A model generated the notes under the pieces. It did not search any database, had not been told where the DNA came from, and saw only the letters and a list, made by a program, of their open reading frames with translations. Position numbers and translations under genes: made by a program. Below are positions 12,461 to 25,533 of a DNA stretch of 64,000 nt, one piece after another (the stretch's first letter is position 1; every line of letters starts with the position of its first letter). The DNA lies in assembly GCF_004010195.1 (NCBI RefSeq), contig NC_057718.1, forward strand, positions 15,369,407 to 15,433,406. The letters run 5' to 3'. Source of the DNA: Chiloscyllium plagiosum (Eukaryota).

Positions 12461-12954
12461 TTTATCTCAGCTGCAATAGTCAAGTCGAGAGCTGGCAAAG
12501 GCTGAGGTGAGGTTTTCTGCGAGGATGAAGTGAGGTAAGGATGCAATTCAATGAGGTAGACAGTTTTAGTGGTGTGAGTAAATGACCATAAGTTTATCTG
12601 TGAGTGAAATACAATATCAAATTTGTGAATAGTCTGATTTAGGCTGAGGCAGTAATTATATTTTAAGTTTCGTGATTGTGTGACATCACTCAACATGCGC
12701 CCTTTAGAACCCCTCTCCCCCCAGCTCTCTCTCTGATCCTCATTCTCCAAGGAGTTTGCTTGCAGGAGACACAGGGTGACTGGTTCACAAAAGCTTGAGC
12801 TCAAATCCCAAAGGGGAAGAGTGTGCTAATGTCACATCTACAGTCGGGCATAATTTCTAAATGGTGTTGTTTTCCTTTTGTGTGTGCTAAGCTTTTGTAT
12901 TTTCATTTACTTGAATTATATATTTCAAGTCAACTTCTTCTTGTGGGTTTACAG

Positions 12955-13154
12955 GAGCCTCAGAGGAAACCACAGACAACTCTTCAGAGTTTTTATGTAG
13001 ATCACTGAACACAGTTTTAATTGACAGAAGTTCTCAACTAGAAGTAAACTGTCAGCAAGTCGACAGGAAACGACTTCTTCAGACTCTGCTGAGCTCCGTT
13101 CAGAGAGAAACAGAGTTAAATGATTCCTATAGACTGCCATATTATCTTCATCAG
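12955..13154 (+). CDS. CNST: Consortin coding exon 2 (200 nt)
   Basis: tttacag|GAGCC...CATCAG|gtacaa. Open in the phase carried from the previous exon: ...EVNCQQVDRKRLLQTLLSSVQRETELNDSYRLPYYLHQ (human ...LQSLFSLIRGEVEQLDSRALPLCLHQ). Confidence 0.9.
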
Positions 13155-14848
13155 GTACAATCAGTTCTAACTTTCTCCAAAACCACCACCCCTCACTCTG
13201 AGTAGATTTTGAATAAAAATAATTTCCTGATAGATGTAGTCAGATTCACTCACTCAATTAAAATGTTACAGCTTAAGTTTCTGAAAATGAAAGGCAAGTC
13301 TAAAGAAGTATTTATGGTTGAAATATAATGTATTAAAGAAAAAGTACCTGCAATTGAACAATGTGAAATGCTTCTCCATGGCATCAGTGCTGAATAAGAA
13401 AAAACAAATTGTGTCATTAATTTTGTTTCTCTGAATCCAAAGCTCCTTATTCATTTGCAGTTACTCTAACAGCAACATTGTTTCAATATTAAGTATCAAA
13501 TTTTCTGTCTTCTGAATGAGAAGGTCGTCAATACTTTAGCTGTTTTCATGTTTCCAATAAACATTTAAGATCCCACATTGCTACTTAAATCAGAGAAGGT
13601 TTTGTCACTAGGTAATGATGCTCATTTAATGAACTAGTGCATGCATGAATTGGTCAAATGGCCTCATTTTGTGCCATAATACTCATGTGATTCTGTGTGA
13701 CATATCACTCGACACCCACCCCTTAAACTTCCTACACACAGACTCATTGATCCTCATTCTCTAGGGGCTTTTGCCTACAGGAGGCATGGGGTGACTGGTT
13801 CACGCTTAGAATGTCTTTGACTTTTTGGAAAGAACCCACAGCTTTTAACATCTGGTGAGGGAAATTAAACAAGCTTTCTTCACCCTTGAGGTATTTTGTT
13901 TTTAAACTACAGAATGTACTGCTCTTTCCTTTTCAGAGGTCTGATGGCTTCTGACCCATGAGCTGGTTAGCTACCTGGGAGCCAATCACACAGTTCTTCG
14001 TAGGCAAAAGGTCTTTGTCTGATAACAGGTCACCATTCCCCAGACCAATTAGCTACTTGTTGCCAGCTGAAAAATCCATGGATACACAGCCCTTGGTTTC
14101 AGCTTGTCTCCTGGTGATTCTTCCACCCCCACCTAAATATGCAGACAGGAGGGGTTAAATGGGTACTTTGTTTGTTTGTACCAACAAGGTGGATGCTGCT
14201 AGGGTAACAGAGGAGGGAACTCAATCACCAGAAGGGTTTAAAATTGATGAGGATGTGATATTGGATAAGCTGTTGGTATTTAAAGTTGGTAAGGCAGTGG
14301 GCCATGTGAGATGCATCTAAGGATTTTGAAAGATGTGACAGCAGAAGCTACAGAGGCATTGACAACTTTCTTTCAATTTTCTCAAGACTCTGGTGGCTGC
14401 AGAAGACAGGAAATTTGCAAGGATTAGACCCTTGTTTTAAAACGATGTGAAGATAATTCAGCAATTATAGGCCTTTTCAGTTGAAGGACACAGTATCTGA
14501 AATCTCTTGAAAGCTGCACTGATATATCATTTTAATGCTCTATGCTAAGTTATTAATGATGTACTAACTTAATTGAAGCTATCTTCTTAATCAGAATAAG
14601 AAATGTCTAAATAATGAATTGCTCCTGATTTTTTTTTTTTTGCAGCTTTTCTTGATTCTACATCCTTTTTTTAAAAAAAAGCAATAGATTTTCAATCTAT
14701 TTAATCATTGCCATTCACTGCAGTGTTTAACTATGCTGAGGTGACTTTAAGACAGGTCCATGCAGTGTAACATGTTATAACCAGTTACTTATGTACAAGA
14801 CAAAATTGCGGCAATCTGTCACCATTGATATTATTTTCTTAATTTCAG

Positions 14849-14879
14849 ATTGCCGAGATCTATTTTGATGAAGAAGAAT
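14849..14879 (+). CDS. CNST: Consortin coding exon 3 (31 nt)
   Basis: aatttcag|ATTGCCGAGATCTATTTTGATGAAGAAGAAT|gtatcctttt encodes IAEIYFDEEE(Y), compared with human IAESYFQEEDY. The donor is U12-type. Confidence 0.92.
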
Positions 14880-15138
14880 GTATCCTTTTCAACTTTTCAA
14901 GCAATTCATGACTCCTTGCAATTTATTTTATTTACCCTTACGTAACTGATGCAAGTGGCAGTTTGTGCAAATCTAGATCTGAAAAACATTGCAAGACACC
15001 AGTGGGGGCATCATAAGCGAACTTTACCTTGTCCTCATTCTATATCAATTTCATCTTGTTGAAAGTGCATATATAATTGTCTGTATTGGGAACCAAATTT
15101 GTTTTCCCCTCAACCTATGGGTTTGAGCTCACTTGAAA

Positions 15139-15234
15139 GCTGAAAATGTATTGCTGAAAAAGCGCAGCAGGTCAGGCAGCATCCAAGGAACAGGAGAATC
15201 GACGTTTCGGGCATAAGCCCTTCTTCAGGAAGGG
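15139..15234 (-). mobile_element. Short PLE 3' fragment (family A) with hammerhead core
   Basis: Minus strand CTGAAGA-A-GGGC ttat GCCC-GAAA-CGTC (15228-15201), flanked by CTTGAAA at 15132-15138 and 15235-15241. Confidence 0.8.
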
Positions 15235-15599
15235 CTTGAAACCCAAGTTTACCTGGAAGAAGCAGATTTGCATAGTTTCTCCTGCTTTATTAATCCAGTT
15301 TCACAGAGATGGGCTATACTGAAACTTGATATCCACATCCTGGCTATAAGGAATGTAAAGACTCAGGTACTCCGCATGTAGCTCATTTCTTGATTTCTCA
15401 CAGTCTCTGTATCATCTAAATACTTGCAACAGAAGTGTGATATGGTTGCAGTAGCACTCTGGAAATTCTGTGCTGCATAGGGTAAGGCAACCTACTTAAT
15501 TTCTTTTTGATTTTTGAATCTTTGTATTTCTGACAAGACCTGTATTTGTTGCCTATCTTTAACTGCTTTGGGAAGGTATTGTGAGCCACTTTAACCACT

Positions 15600-18500
15600 G
15601 CAGTCCAATGAAGGATGTAAAAGTTCCAAGTCAGGATTGGGGTAAAAGTGGAAATGTTTGGCTAAAATGAATGTTCTGTCCATTACAGACAAAGCCATGA
15701 AAATTTATAATGGGATATAGAGGAATGGAAGATAAGTTTGATTACCTTGTGTCTGTTTTCACTGAGGGAGATACAAAATATCTTCAAGCATTAGAGATCT
15801 AAATGATATGGGAGAATGAGGATTTGAAGGAAATTAGTATTAATAAGAACTGGAGAAATAAATGGGGCTGAAAGTGATAAGTTCCTGAGATCTGATATTC
15901 TGCATCCAACAATGTTGAATGAAGTGGTTTTAGAGATCATCAATATATTGGACAAGCTTGCAAACTTTTCTGGATTGAGAATTATTCCTGTGTATTGGAA
16001 GCTACCATATGTCAATTCTCTATTTATAAAGACAGTGGGAGAAAAACCAAGGAAATACAGATCTGTTAACTTTATGTCAGTAGTGGGGAAAATAGAAGAA
16101 TCTGTTATAAAGGATGTGATCACAGAACCACAGAAGTATATTGTGCAGGAGGAGGTCATTTGATTCGTCATTGTTGCAACAGCTCTTTAAATGATTATCA
16201 TTACCTACTGCTAATTTTGTGCCTTTCCCCATTTTCCCCTTTGCACGTTTATTCCTATTATTTCTACTTCACTTGAAATAATTATCCATAATCATCCAAC
16301 ATCCTCTTAAGTACTTCAATTGAACTTGTCTCCTCCACACTTCCAGGCAATGCATTCCATGCTCAAACTACTCATAGTGTGAATATTTTCTCTCTCATAT
16401 TTGCTCCTTTTGCAAATCACTTTACGTCTGTGTCCTCTAGATCTTGATCCTTTTACAAGCAGGAATATTTTTACCCTACTTACTCTATCAAGTTTTGAAA
16501 GCCACTATCCAATCTCCTGTTATCCTCCTTTTCACCAAAGAGACTAGTCTCGACTTCAGTCTGTCCTCGTAATTGGCACTTTTCATCCCGGAATTATTCT
16601 TGTAAATTGCTTCTGCATGCTCTCCAATGCATTTTCTATAATGTGACGTCCATGACTGTACCCACTACTTCAGCTGTATATATAATGTATAGAGGGTATA
16701 TGTACAAGAATATAGGTGTAAAGAGGAAAGAGGTTTTGCTGAGGGAATATGAGTAGCTAGGGGTTAAAATACAAAACCGAACCAAAAAGGTGATGATCTC
16801 CAGCTTATTACCTGAGCCACAAAAGAAATTGGCCCAGAATCAGCAAGATTAAAGAAATGAATGGGATTGGTATTGGAGTATTGGGGCAGACATAGCAGAA
16901 TCATAGAGATGGACAGCATGGCAACAGACCCTTTGGTCCAACTTGTCCATGCTGACCAGATATCCCAACCCACTCTAGTGGTAGAGCCAGGGAGCAGGCA
17001 ATTCTGAATTTGGTGATATGTAATGATTAGATGATTAGTATGTTTAAGGAACCCCTAGGGGCAGTGACCATAATGTGCTAGAATTCACCCTGTGGTTTGA
17101 GAGTGAGAAGCTGGAATCGGATGTAACAGTATTACAAATTGAGTAAAAGTAACTGCAAGCAAATGAGGGAGGAGCTGGCCAGAGTTGATTGAAAGGGAAA
17201 CCTAGCAGGGAGGACAGTGGAGCAGCAATGGCAGGAGCTCCTGGGAAAGGGAAGCACAGCAGAAATTCTTCCCAATGAAGAAGAAACATGCCAAAGGAAG
17301 GATGAGGTAACCATGGTTGACAAGGGAAATCAGGGATAGCATAAAAGCAGAAGTAAAGGCATAAGATGTGATGAATGTTCGTGGGAAGCCTTTTAAAAAC
17401 CCGGAGAGGATAACTTAAAAAAAAAAAGAGCAATAACTGGGAAAGGAGATGAAATATGAGAGTATGCTAGCTAGTATTACAATAGATGAGTGCAGGAGCT
17501 GGCTTTCAGACCTCAAAGGTAAGAGAGAGGCATAAGGGGACATTGGACTGCTTGAAAATGAGGCCAGAGAAATATTAATGGGGAATAAAGAAATGGCAGA
17601 GGAATGAACTGAACTGAACTCAGCAAGGTACTTTGCATCAGTTACGTCAGCATTTGTGGAAGACAGCAGCAGCATACCAGACCTTAAAGAGTTCAAGGCA
17701 GAAATGGTAAGTGTAGAGGCCATCACTAAGGAAAACGTGCTAGGGAAGCTAAATGGACTGAAGGTGGATAAATTACACAGACCAGTTGGGCTAAGAGTTC
17801 TGAAGGAGATAGCGGAGGAGATAGTAGAAGCACCAGTGAGGGTTTGAGCGGATTGGAAATTGGCTTATGCAACACCCCTGTTTAAGAATGGAGGGAGGCA
17901 GAGACAGGAAAGTGTAGGCCGGTTAGCCTGACCTCTGTCATTAGGAAGATTTTAGAGTTCTCTATCAAGGATGAGTTGAAGAGTACTTGGAAGATTGCAT
18001 GGTAAAATAGAGTTGAATCTGCTCTGCTTTGGGAGATCATGCCTAACAAATGTGTCACAATTCTTTGAGGAGATAATGAACAGGTTAGACTAAGGAAAGC
18101 CAATGGATATCATCTATTTGGATTTCCAGAAGGCCTTTGACAAGATACCAGGCTGCTAAGTAAGATAGGAGCCCATGGTGTTCGGGGCAAGGTACTGGAG
18201 TGGATAGAGGATAGGCTGACTGGCAGAAGGCAGAGGTCGGGATAAACTGGTCTTTTTCAGGATCACAGCCGATGATTAGTGGAGTTCTACCTGGGGCTGT
18301 GTTGGGACCACAACTATACATTTACATTCGTTATCTGAACAAAGAAGCTGAGGGCATTGTTGCTAGATTTTCAGATGACGCAAAGGTAGAATGATAGATA
18401 GTGTTGAGGAAATGGGGAGGCTGCTGAGGACTTGGGCAGGCTAGGAGAGTGGGCAAATAAATGGCAAATAGAATACAATGTGGGAAAGTGTGAGGTTATG

Positions 18501-18870
18501 CAGTTTGGTAGGAAGAATAGAAGTATAGATTTTTTTCTAAACAGGGAAATGCTTTGGAAATCTGAAGCACCAAGGGACTTAGGAGCCTGAGTTCAGGATT
18601 CTCTTAAGTTTAACATGCAGGTTCATTTGTCAGTTCGGATAGCAAATACAATGTTAGCATTGATTTCAAGAGGGGTAGAAATGCAAGAGCATAAATGTAC
18701 CGTTGAGGCTGTGTAAGGCTCTGGCCAGATTGCATTTGGAATGCTGTATGCAGTTTTATGCCCCAGGTCTCAGGGTAGATGTGCTGGCATTGGATGGTGC
18801 CCAGAAGAGATTTACAAGAATCATTCTGGGATGAAGAGCTTGTCATACGAGGAGTGGTTTAGGATTCTGA
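15600..18870 (+). mobile_element. Cluster of degraded CR1 ORF2 fragments (minus-strand CR1 end at about 16125-16680, tail fragment at 16897-16980)
   Basis: Motifs KYRSVNFMSVVGKI, LGGSDH, VLGKLNGLKVDK, IYLDFQKAFDK, FSDDAK, with many stops. Confidence 0.85.
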
Positions 18871-19145
18871 TGATGGTGACCTCTGGAGGAGGCTGAGATG
18901 AACTTTATTGGTACTTGTGGCTGAAGGTGGATTGGAATGTTTCAGCTTTGTTGCTTGCACTGGACTGCTAAGGTTCTCAGCCATTGATAATGGGAATGCT
19001 CATGGAACCCCCTCCTATTTAATTCTTTAACTGGTGCCCCTAGCACAGGACTATATGTCAACTTGTTCCACCACTAGTGCTGTGTGGCTGCTGTGCATAT
19101 GAACTATAGCATGCACTGCAGTCGCTCAAGGCTTGATGGCACCAT

Positions 19146-19354
19146 GCGTGTCTGTGTGGGTTTCCTCCAGGTGCTCCGGTTTCCTCCCACAGTCCAAAAA
19201 TGTGCAGGTTAGGTGAATTGGCCATGCTAAACTGTCTATAGTGTTAGGGGCAGGGGTAAATGTAGGGGAATAAGTCTGGGTGGGTTGCGCTTCGGAGGGT
19301 CGGTGTGGACTTGTTGGGCCGAAGGGCCTATTTCCACACTGTAAGTAATCTAAT
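19146..19354 (+). mobile_element. HE1/V-SINE, 5'-truncated
   Basis: V-domain GTGTCTGTGTGGGTTTCCTCCAGGTGCTCCGGTTTCCTCCCACAGTCCAAA and tail GGGCCGAAGGGCCTATTTCCACACTGTAAGTAATCTAATCT. Confidence 0.9.
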
Positions 19355-19704
19355 CTCCACTGTCAAGAAATGGATCAGCACTAAGACAGGAACCTGACCA
19401 CTTCCAAGTTGGGCACATTTGCTCATGCGTTGCCATAGCTAATTATCATAAAACATTACTTTAAATTTTGTTACCAAACATTGACATTTGAAGTAAATTT
19501 CTTTTACTTTTTGTATAACATCGGAACATTATCCATGTTGCCCGCCATCAACATTTCCTTCCAAAAATAACGTTTGTGGTAACACCTCAGAATGCCTCTG
19601 CCATGAGGTGCATTTTGTTTTATGTATGTACTTTGCTTTTAATATGAACTAGTGGTGTTTTGGAGTTAGATAAGCTGTATGATTTTCCTTTATTGTACAT
19701 CCAG

Positions 19705-19791
19705 ATGAAAAAGCAATACAGTTTATTCAGCTGGAAAAGCTGTACCATCAAAAATTCCTGGCAAACCTTGCTGCTATTCAGGAGGACTGGG
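19705..19791 (+). CDS. CNST: Consortin coding exon 4 (87 nt)
   Basis: ccag|ATGAAAAAG...GACTGGG|gtatgt encodes YEKAIQFIQLEKLYHQKFLANLAAIQEDW, compared with human YEKAMKFIQLERLYHEQLLANLSAIQEQW. Confidence 0.95.
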
Positions 19792-22384
19792 GTATGTACA
19801 GAATATACATATCCATAGTGAATACGTGAACTATAGGCTGATTTTTTCCAGTCTGTGAGATTCTCAATATCAAGGGGGTACAAAGGTCTGATTTTGCATA
19901 CAAGGTTTTAACATCAAGAAGAACATCTTGTTCGTGAGTGGCAAGATGCCTATTTGCAGGCATTAACAACTTTATCATTACCTATTCTAACCTCGTTTAA
20001 ATGCAATTTTCTTTTCTCCCAAGCAGCAAAGAGAAACTAGATGATAGTTCCTAACATGAAAGACAATGGGTACCTGCCACTGCAGCTTGCTGCTTGCTTT
20101 TCTGTGCCTCCATCTTAGCCAACAGTTCCCAGCATCTCCCAGCACACTTTGTGGGTAGCAACCATCTGCATTCCCCCATTTACAGAGGTTGGCATTAGAC
20201 ACAGATCAGCCCCTCGGCATATTGTCACAGCACATCTCCCACTTAGTTAGAATACAATTTTCCATTTCATCACTAGACTTTGGAGCAAGTCAATGCCTTT
20301 CGTTATAATGCTGCTGCCAGGCCAAGGTGTGTACAGAGACGGGAATGCATCTCCTGCATTGGAACAGGATGTATCTTGGAGCTCATCGTTGCTTTCGGAG
20401 CACTTATTCATTCCTCACCTATTTGTTTGCAAGGGTATCTCTACCTTGCCTTGTTTATTTGCACTTTGCCAACTTATTTAGAACTGACAGGTTCGCAGTA
20501 CTTTTGTATTGTTTTGCCTTTTAGCACAAGTGCAAAACCAGGCAGTTTGTCACTGTCACCCATAACTCTGAGGGGGAGGAATTCCTTCATCCAGAGGATG
20601 GTGAATCTGTGGAACTCATTACTGCAGAAGTCTGTGGAGGCCAAGTCATTGTGTGTCTATAAGACTGAGGTAGATTCTTGATTAATCAAGGAGAACGGAG
20701 TTGAGAAACATTATGATCCAGTAAATAGCCTAGTCCTCCTCCAATATCTTATTGTTTATCAGTTAACGGCATGAACATGTTGCTGTACAGCACGGTCCTA
20801 CTTTACTGTCACACCTGCAACATGAGCCCACAGCTTACACAGCAAACACTTTGACTGTACTTCAACTAAAGGCCATTTCTTAAGTCTAAAGGGAGTAGTT
20901 CTCAGTCGAGGAAAGAGAGACTGTTGTTAGTCAGGAGGTACTGCCACCTTCAGACCAGAGCAGCTTCCAGTCTTAATCCAGGCTTTGCCACTGTCAGCCA
21001 GCAGCTTGAGGCAGTCACTAGTTCTGTATCTGGGCTACAGTCAATCCTGAAGAGTGACAAAGTGTTACAGGACACAGAATATTGGGGAAACAGAGGAAGT
21101 CTCTTACACAGGCTTCTAATCTAGTAATATGTTTCTCAACCCTATTCTCCTGTGTTCTCTTAGCTGCAGTTGCAATTACGGTTAATCAGACAGGCCATCT
21201 TGGAAAGTAGCAATGCATTTTAAAAATGTGATTCTATTTCTGATGAAAATTTCACCTGTGCCTTTGGAGGCTTTACTGTCTCATTTCCCTCTCACTGCGT
21301 GAATGAAGGGCGATTTGTGGTTAATAAGTATGGTGCCAGTGGCAAAAATACCTCAAAATCACGGTGGATACTTCTGCCACTAATAAATGCACGATCGCAC
21401 AGCAGTGACACCACAGAAGTGTGGTTCATACATAATGAACTTAACAAAAAGGAATTGTGTGAGAGAATTCGCTCAAATTTATGGAGAAAATGCCCGTGTG
21501 TAAGTGCCTGAAATTTGAAGCCCATTTTTGATAAAATTCAGCCCTTTGTTTTCAATATTCTTTGCAATTCAAATATCTGTCAGCAACAAATCTCCAACGG
21601 TTCAGTATTTTTAAATTTTGGATTGGGTTTCAACATTGAACAATTTAGTTTTACTTTTACGGTTTTAGTTTTTATAGTCTTGATTTCCTTTTACTCGTTT
21701 CAGTGATGGTACCCCAGATCAATGTTGTGCAAAGCTTAAGTTAAAGAACTCCCTTGTATTTGCTATTGTATAGTTGAAAGTATTGTTGTAGATGCAGCAA
21801 GTAACTATTTTGCTTCTAATGAAATTAAATAGAGGGAAACTTTTTGTGTTGCAAGAATATTCAAATCATTTCATGCCTGAATTCCAGGAGATGTATGTCT
21901 TTGAGAACTGTCAGTATTGACCTATTTGGTTACAGGATTCCACCAGGACCATTGTTATGAAGTGTACAAACCTATTATAGGAAAACAAAATGTTGGTTTT
22001 GAGGAAAAAGCAGGGAGTGGGAATAATTTAAACAGCTCTCCTGAAGAGCTGGCATTCAGAGTGAGATTTCTTTCTGAGCTGTCTCATTGTGTGATCTGAT
22101 GAAATAATAGAGAAGTTAAGTTTAACAGCATAGAAACTCAGTTTGACCCCAATGTGCACAATTCTGGCTGCTATTTTATATGACAACAGATTATGTTATG
22201 AATACTTATAAAATAGTTATATTGTAACTAACAAGGGTTGTTAAAGATTGATGAGAATGTGGATTTGAGGCTACAATTAGATCAGCCCTGATCTTATCAA
22301 TTGGGGGAAGGATGTTAAAGTGGCAGAATGGCCAATTTGTATGTTAGCATTTGAAAAATGAAAAGTTTTCCAAGAATGATATCA

Positions 22385-22742
22385 GAATCATAGAATCCAT
22401 ACAAAATCTACAGTGTGGAAACAGGTCATTTGGCCCCACAAGTCCAACCGACCCTCCGAAGAGTAACCCACCCAGACCCATTTCCCTACCCTATATTTAC
22501 CCCGACTAATGCACCTAATTTACACATCCCTGAACACCATGGGCACTTTTTTAGCACAGCCAAGCCACCTAACGAGCACATCTTTGGATTGTGGGACGAA
22601 GCCAGAGCACCAGGAGGAAACCCACGCAGATACTGGGAAAACGTGCAAACTCCACAGAGACAGTCGCCTGAGGCTGGAATTGAACCCAATTCCCTGGCAC
22701 TGAGAGGCAGCTGTGCTAACCACTGGCCCACCATGCCGCCCC
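22385..22742 (-). mobile_element. HE1/V-SINE, full length
   Basis: Minus strand GGCGGCATGGTGGGCCAGTGGTTAGCACAGCTGCCTCTCAG head, V-domain and CTATGATT tail. Confidence 0.9.
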
Positions 22743-24023
22743 ATATATAGGGGCTGTACATACTGGGATAGGTGAAACAGGTCCAGTTGCCCTCTTTCCT
22801 GTGAAAACTATGAAAAGTTAAAGACAAAATTGAAACACTAAATCCGATGTACATCTGAAACAAGTCGAATCGATAATTAGTCAGGGAAAGTTTGTGAACA
22901 AACAGAATTCATATTTCGGGTCTGTGACCTTTTAACAAAACATAGAGAATATGTTCCCACTTGTGAGGGAGGCCAAAACTGTTGGCAAGAAATATAGTAA
23001 TCTAGTAACAAATACAAGTGAAATGTGTAATTTCAGAGATTGCCAGAACTTTTCACTCGCTACTAAGTAGAGATGACTAGTGTAGATATATTTTAGAAAA
23101 CTTAATTGTATTAGATTAAATAGGTTCATGTGGAGCATACAGACAGAGTTAGACCTGCTGAGCCAAATGTGTGTTTCTATGCTGGGCATTCTGTGAATTC
23201 CTTGTTGAAGGATACCGTGAGCAGTTAAAAACATCACCTACGTGTGGAACAAAATTAAAGTGTAGGGAACTACTGTTCAAAATTTCAGTTTGAATGAGAT
23301 TGTTACATAGAGATTTTTGTTAAGCAAGGGGTGAAAGGTTATCAGGAGTAAGCAGGATTGTGGATTTGGTCACAATTAAAATCATCCATGTTCATCTTGA
23401 ATAGCAGAGTAGGCTAAAAGGGCTGAATGGCCTGTTCCTGCCCAAATTTGTATGCTTTGGATTGAATACTTTTAAAGCATTATTAGTGAGAATGTCCAGA
23501 CACAGTTTCTTAATTTTTGTCTTTGCCTAGATAGTTTAAGTCTGCAACAAGGCTGTCTAGGCAGTTAGGCGGCCATCAATGCTGGCTAGCCAACGAAGCC
23601 GTAGTCCCACAAATGAATTAAAAAAAAATTGTTCATAATGTTTTGATGATCATTACAAGCCTATATCCTTGCCTGCTCTGTATTTTTCTCAGCTTTTCAG
23701 ATTTTGGTGTTTAGAGACTTCATGTACTGTGGGAAGTACTATACAAATGGGAATGTATATATGCAGTCCTAAATTGAGAATTTCAGTGAAAATCATAGCA
23801 AAGCCGTTGGGTTTCTTTTCATTCTGATTTGTCTGAAGTAGAAAGGATTAGTTTCACTGAGCCTCTCAGGAGTTCATGGATCCTGTTTGCAAAGAAAAGT
23901 TTTTTTCTAATGAACAACCCTATAGTATTTCCAGTGATATAAACATGACCCTATTGTTTATTTTCATGTGATTCCCTGTTTTGCCAATTTGCGGTGATTT
24001 TTTAGTTTGATCGTTCTTCTTCT

Positions 24024-24054
24024 TCATCGTCATCATCATCATCATCATCATCAT
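24024..24054 (+). repeat. (CAT)n microsatellite after a short (CTT)n
   Basis: catcgtcatcatcatcatcatcatcatcat. Confidence 0.9.
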
Positions 24055-24423
24055 ATGTTCTTTTATTAGAACTCACTTCTTACCCTTGTGATTTAATGTT
24101 GCTATCAATTCCTGGGTGAGCAAAGAATGTGAAAGCAGTTGAACGTGGGAGAACCAATGACTAAAAATCATTATAGTATACATATGCATGTCTTCTGAGA
24201 AAAGCATTCATTTGAAACTCGTGTTCAACAAAATCTAACTGCTGTCATAATGAAGTAGGGACACGTGGGATTGCGTACCACTAAAATATGACCTGGTTGC
24301 AAAGCTGATGAATTTTATTCCCATTTCATTAAATTCCTGTTGATCATTTTAACAGCCAAAGTTTTGATGCATTAATTTTGATTGCAATATGTTGCTGTAC
24401 GGCTGACTTTTTGTTTCTTGCAG

Positions 24424-24532
24424 AAGTGAAACAGAAGGCAGCAATCGCAAGGGAGGTGACAGAAGGGAGGTCTGTTAAAGCTTTAGATGACAAAATAGTG
24501 AAGCTCTCAGAATTCTGTGCATCACACTCTAG
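24424..24532 (+). CDS. CNST: Consortin coding exon 5 (109 nt)
   Basis: tttcttgcag|AAGTG...CTCTAG|gtaagt encodes EVKQKAAIAREVTEGRSVKALDDKIVKLSEFCASHS(R); human ends ...LTKICATHQD. Phases 1 to 2 are consistent. Confidence 0.88.
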
Positions 24533-25419
24533 GTAAGTTCACTATTTGTGATTGTCATCACGATATGTAGATTTAATGTTTCAATCGTGCAATTTTGTAG
24601 TTTTCACCTTTTTTCTAGAAATTGGCATGGTCCAAAGAATTAACTCTGGAAAGTGCTGTTTTAATTGCAGTGAGCAAAGCGATTGAGCAAACCTTGCATT
24701 GAGCCTCCCAGAAACACTCCAGTCAACCTGAGACAGAAATTTTGGCATTAGAACACTGATGTGTTGAAGTGGCAGACAACTGGAAATTCCAGGTCATTTT
24801 TACGGATAAGTCTTAGGTGTTCAGCAAAGTGGTCGTCCAGTCTGCAGGTGGGGGAGACCACATTGTGAGCAGAAAATACAATAGATTAGATTGAATGAAG
24901 TATCAGTAAATTCCTCCTTCAGCTGAAAGGTGTACCTGGCACCTTCGATAGTGAGAATATAAATGGGCAAGTGTTGCTACTTCCACTATTGCATGGGATG
25001 GTGCTGTGGGGTGGGGATGTCATGAAGTGTTGGGAGTAGAGGAGGAGTTGAGCAGGGTTCCTGAAGATATGTCTCTGTGGAATGCTGATAATGGAGGTGA
25101 GGAGAATATGAGAGGATATGCTGGTGGCATCCTGCTGGAGGTGGTAGAAATGGTGGCTTATGATCTTTTGGATATAAAAACTGATAAGATAAAAAGTAAG
25201 AACAGGCAATCCCTATGATTGTTGTGGGAGAGGAAAGAAGGCGTAAACACAGTGCGGGAAATGGGTCAGACGTGACTGAGGGACCTATCACCATGCTGGC
25301 AGGGAATCCTCTTCCAAGGAAACAAATTAACATTTCTGAGGCTCCTGCAGATGATAGCATCATCAGAACAGATGAGGCCGAGTTGGAGAACCTGGAAGAA
25401 TGGAGTTCTTACAGGAAAC

Positions 25420-25533
25420 TGGGGTAGAGTGGTGCTGGAAAAGCACAGCAGTTCAGGCAGCATCCGAGGAGCAGGAAAACCGACGTTTCGGGCAAAAGCC
25501 CTTCATCAGGAATCTGCAGTAATTGTTTTTACC
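25420..25533 (-). mobile_element. Short PLE 3' fragment (family A) with hammerhead core
   Basis: Minus strand CTGATGA-A-GGGC tttt GCCC-GAAA-CGTC. TSD TTCTTA(C/T)AGGAAAC at 25406-25419 and 25534-25547. Confidence 0.8.

Larger units (their letters stand above)
14880..19704 (+). other. U12-type (minor spliceosome) GT-AG intron
   Basis: 5' splice site GTATCCTTT. Branch-like TTTTCCTTTAT at 19683-19693 with its A 12 nt before the 3' end, and no polypyrimidine tract between branch and AG. Confidence 0.88.

Noticed and set aside
12823..13008. ORF-track frame EPQRKPQTTLQSF resembling human QPEAPKLVLQSL
   Set aside because: Wrong phase and stops at 13008; the phase-1 frame is open and matches through LHQ.
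21290..21520. Non-repeat-looking, CpG-containing stretch with a 70-aa ORF
   Set aside because: No recognisable protein or RNA motif, and the CNST frame is complete without it. It could be a conserved non-coding element, but I cannot support that from sequence alone.
22670..22742. tRNA-like A/B boxes
   Set aside because: These are SINE heads followed by the V-domain, not tRNA genes.
22415..22863. Recurrent 60-125 aa ORFs on both strands (also at 38485, 40124, 46332, 51958)
   Set aside because: These are chance frames in HE1 SINE copies.
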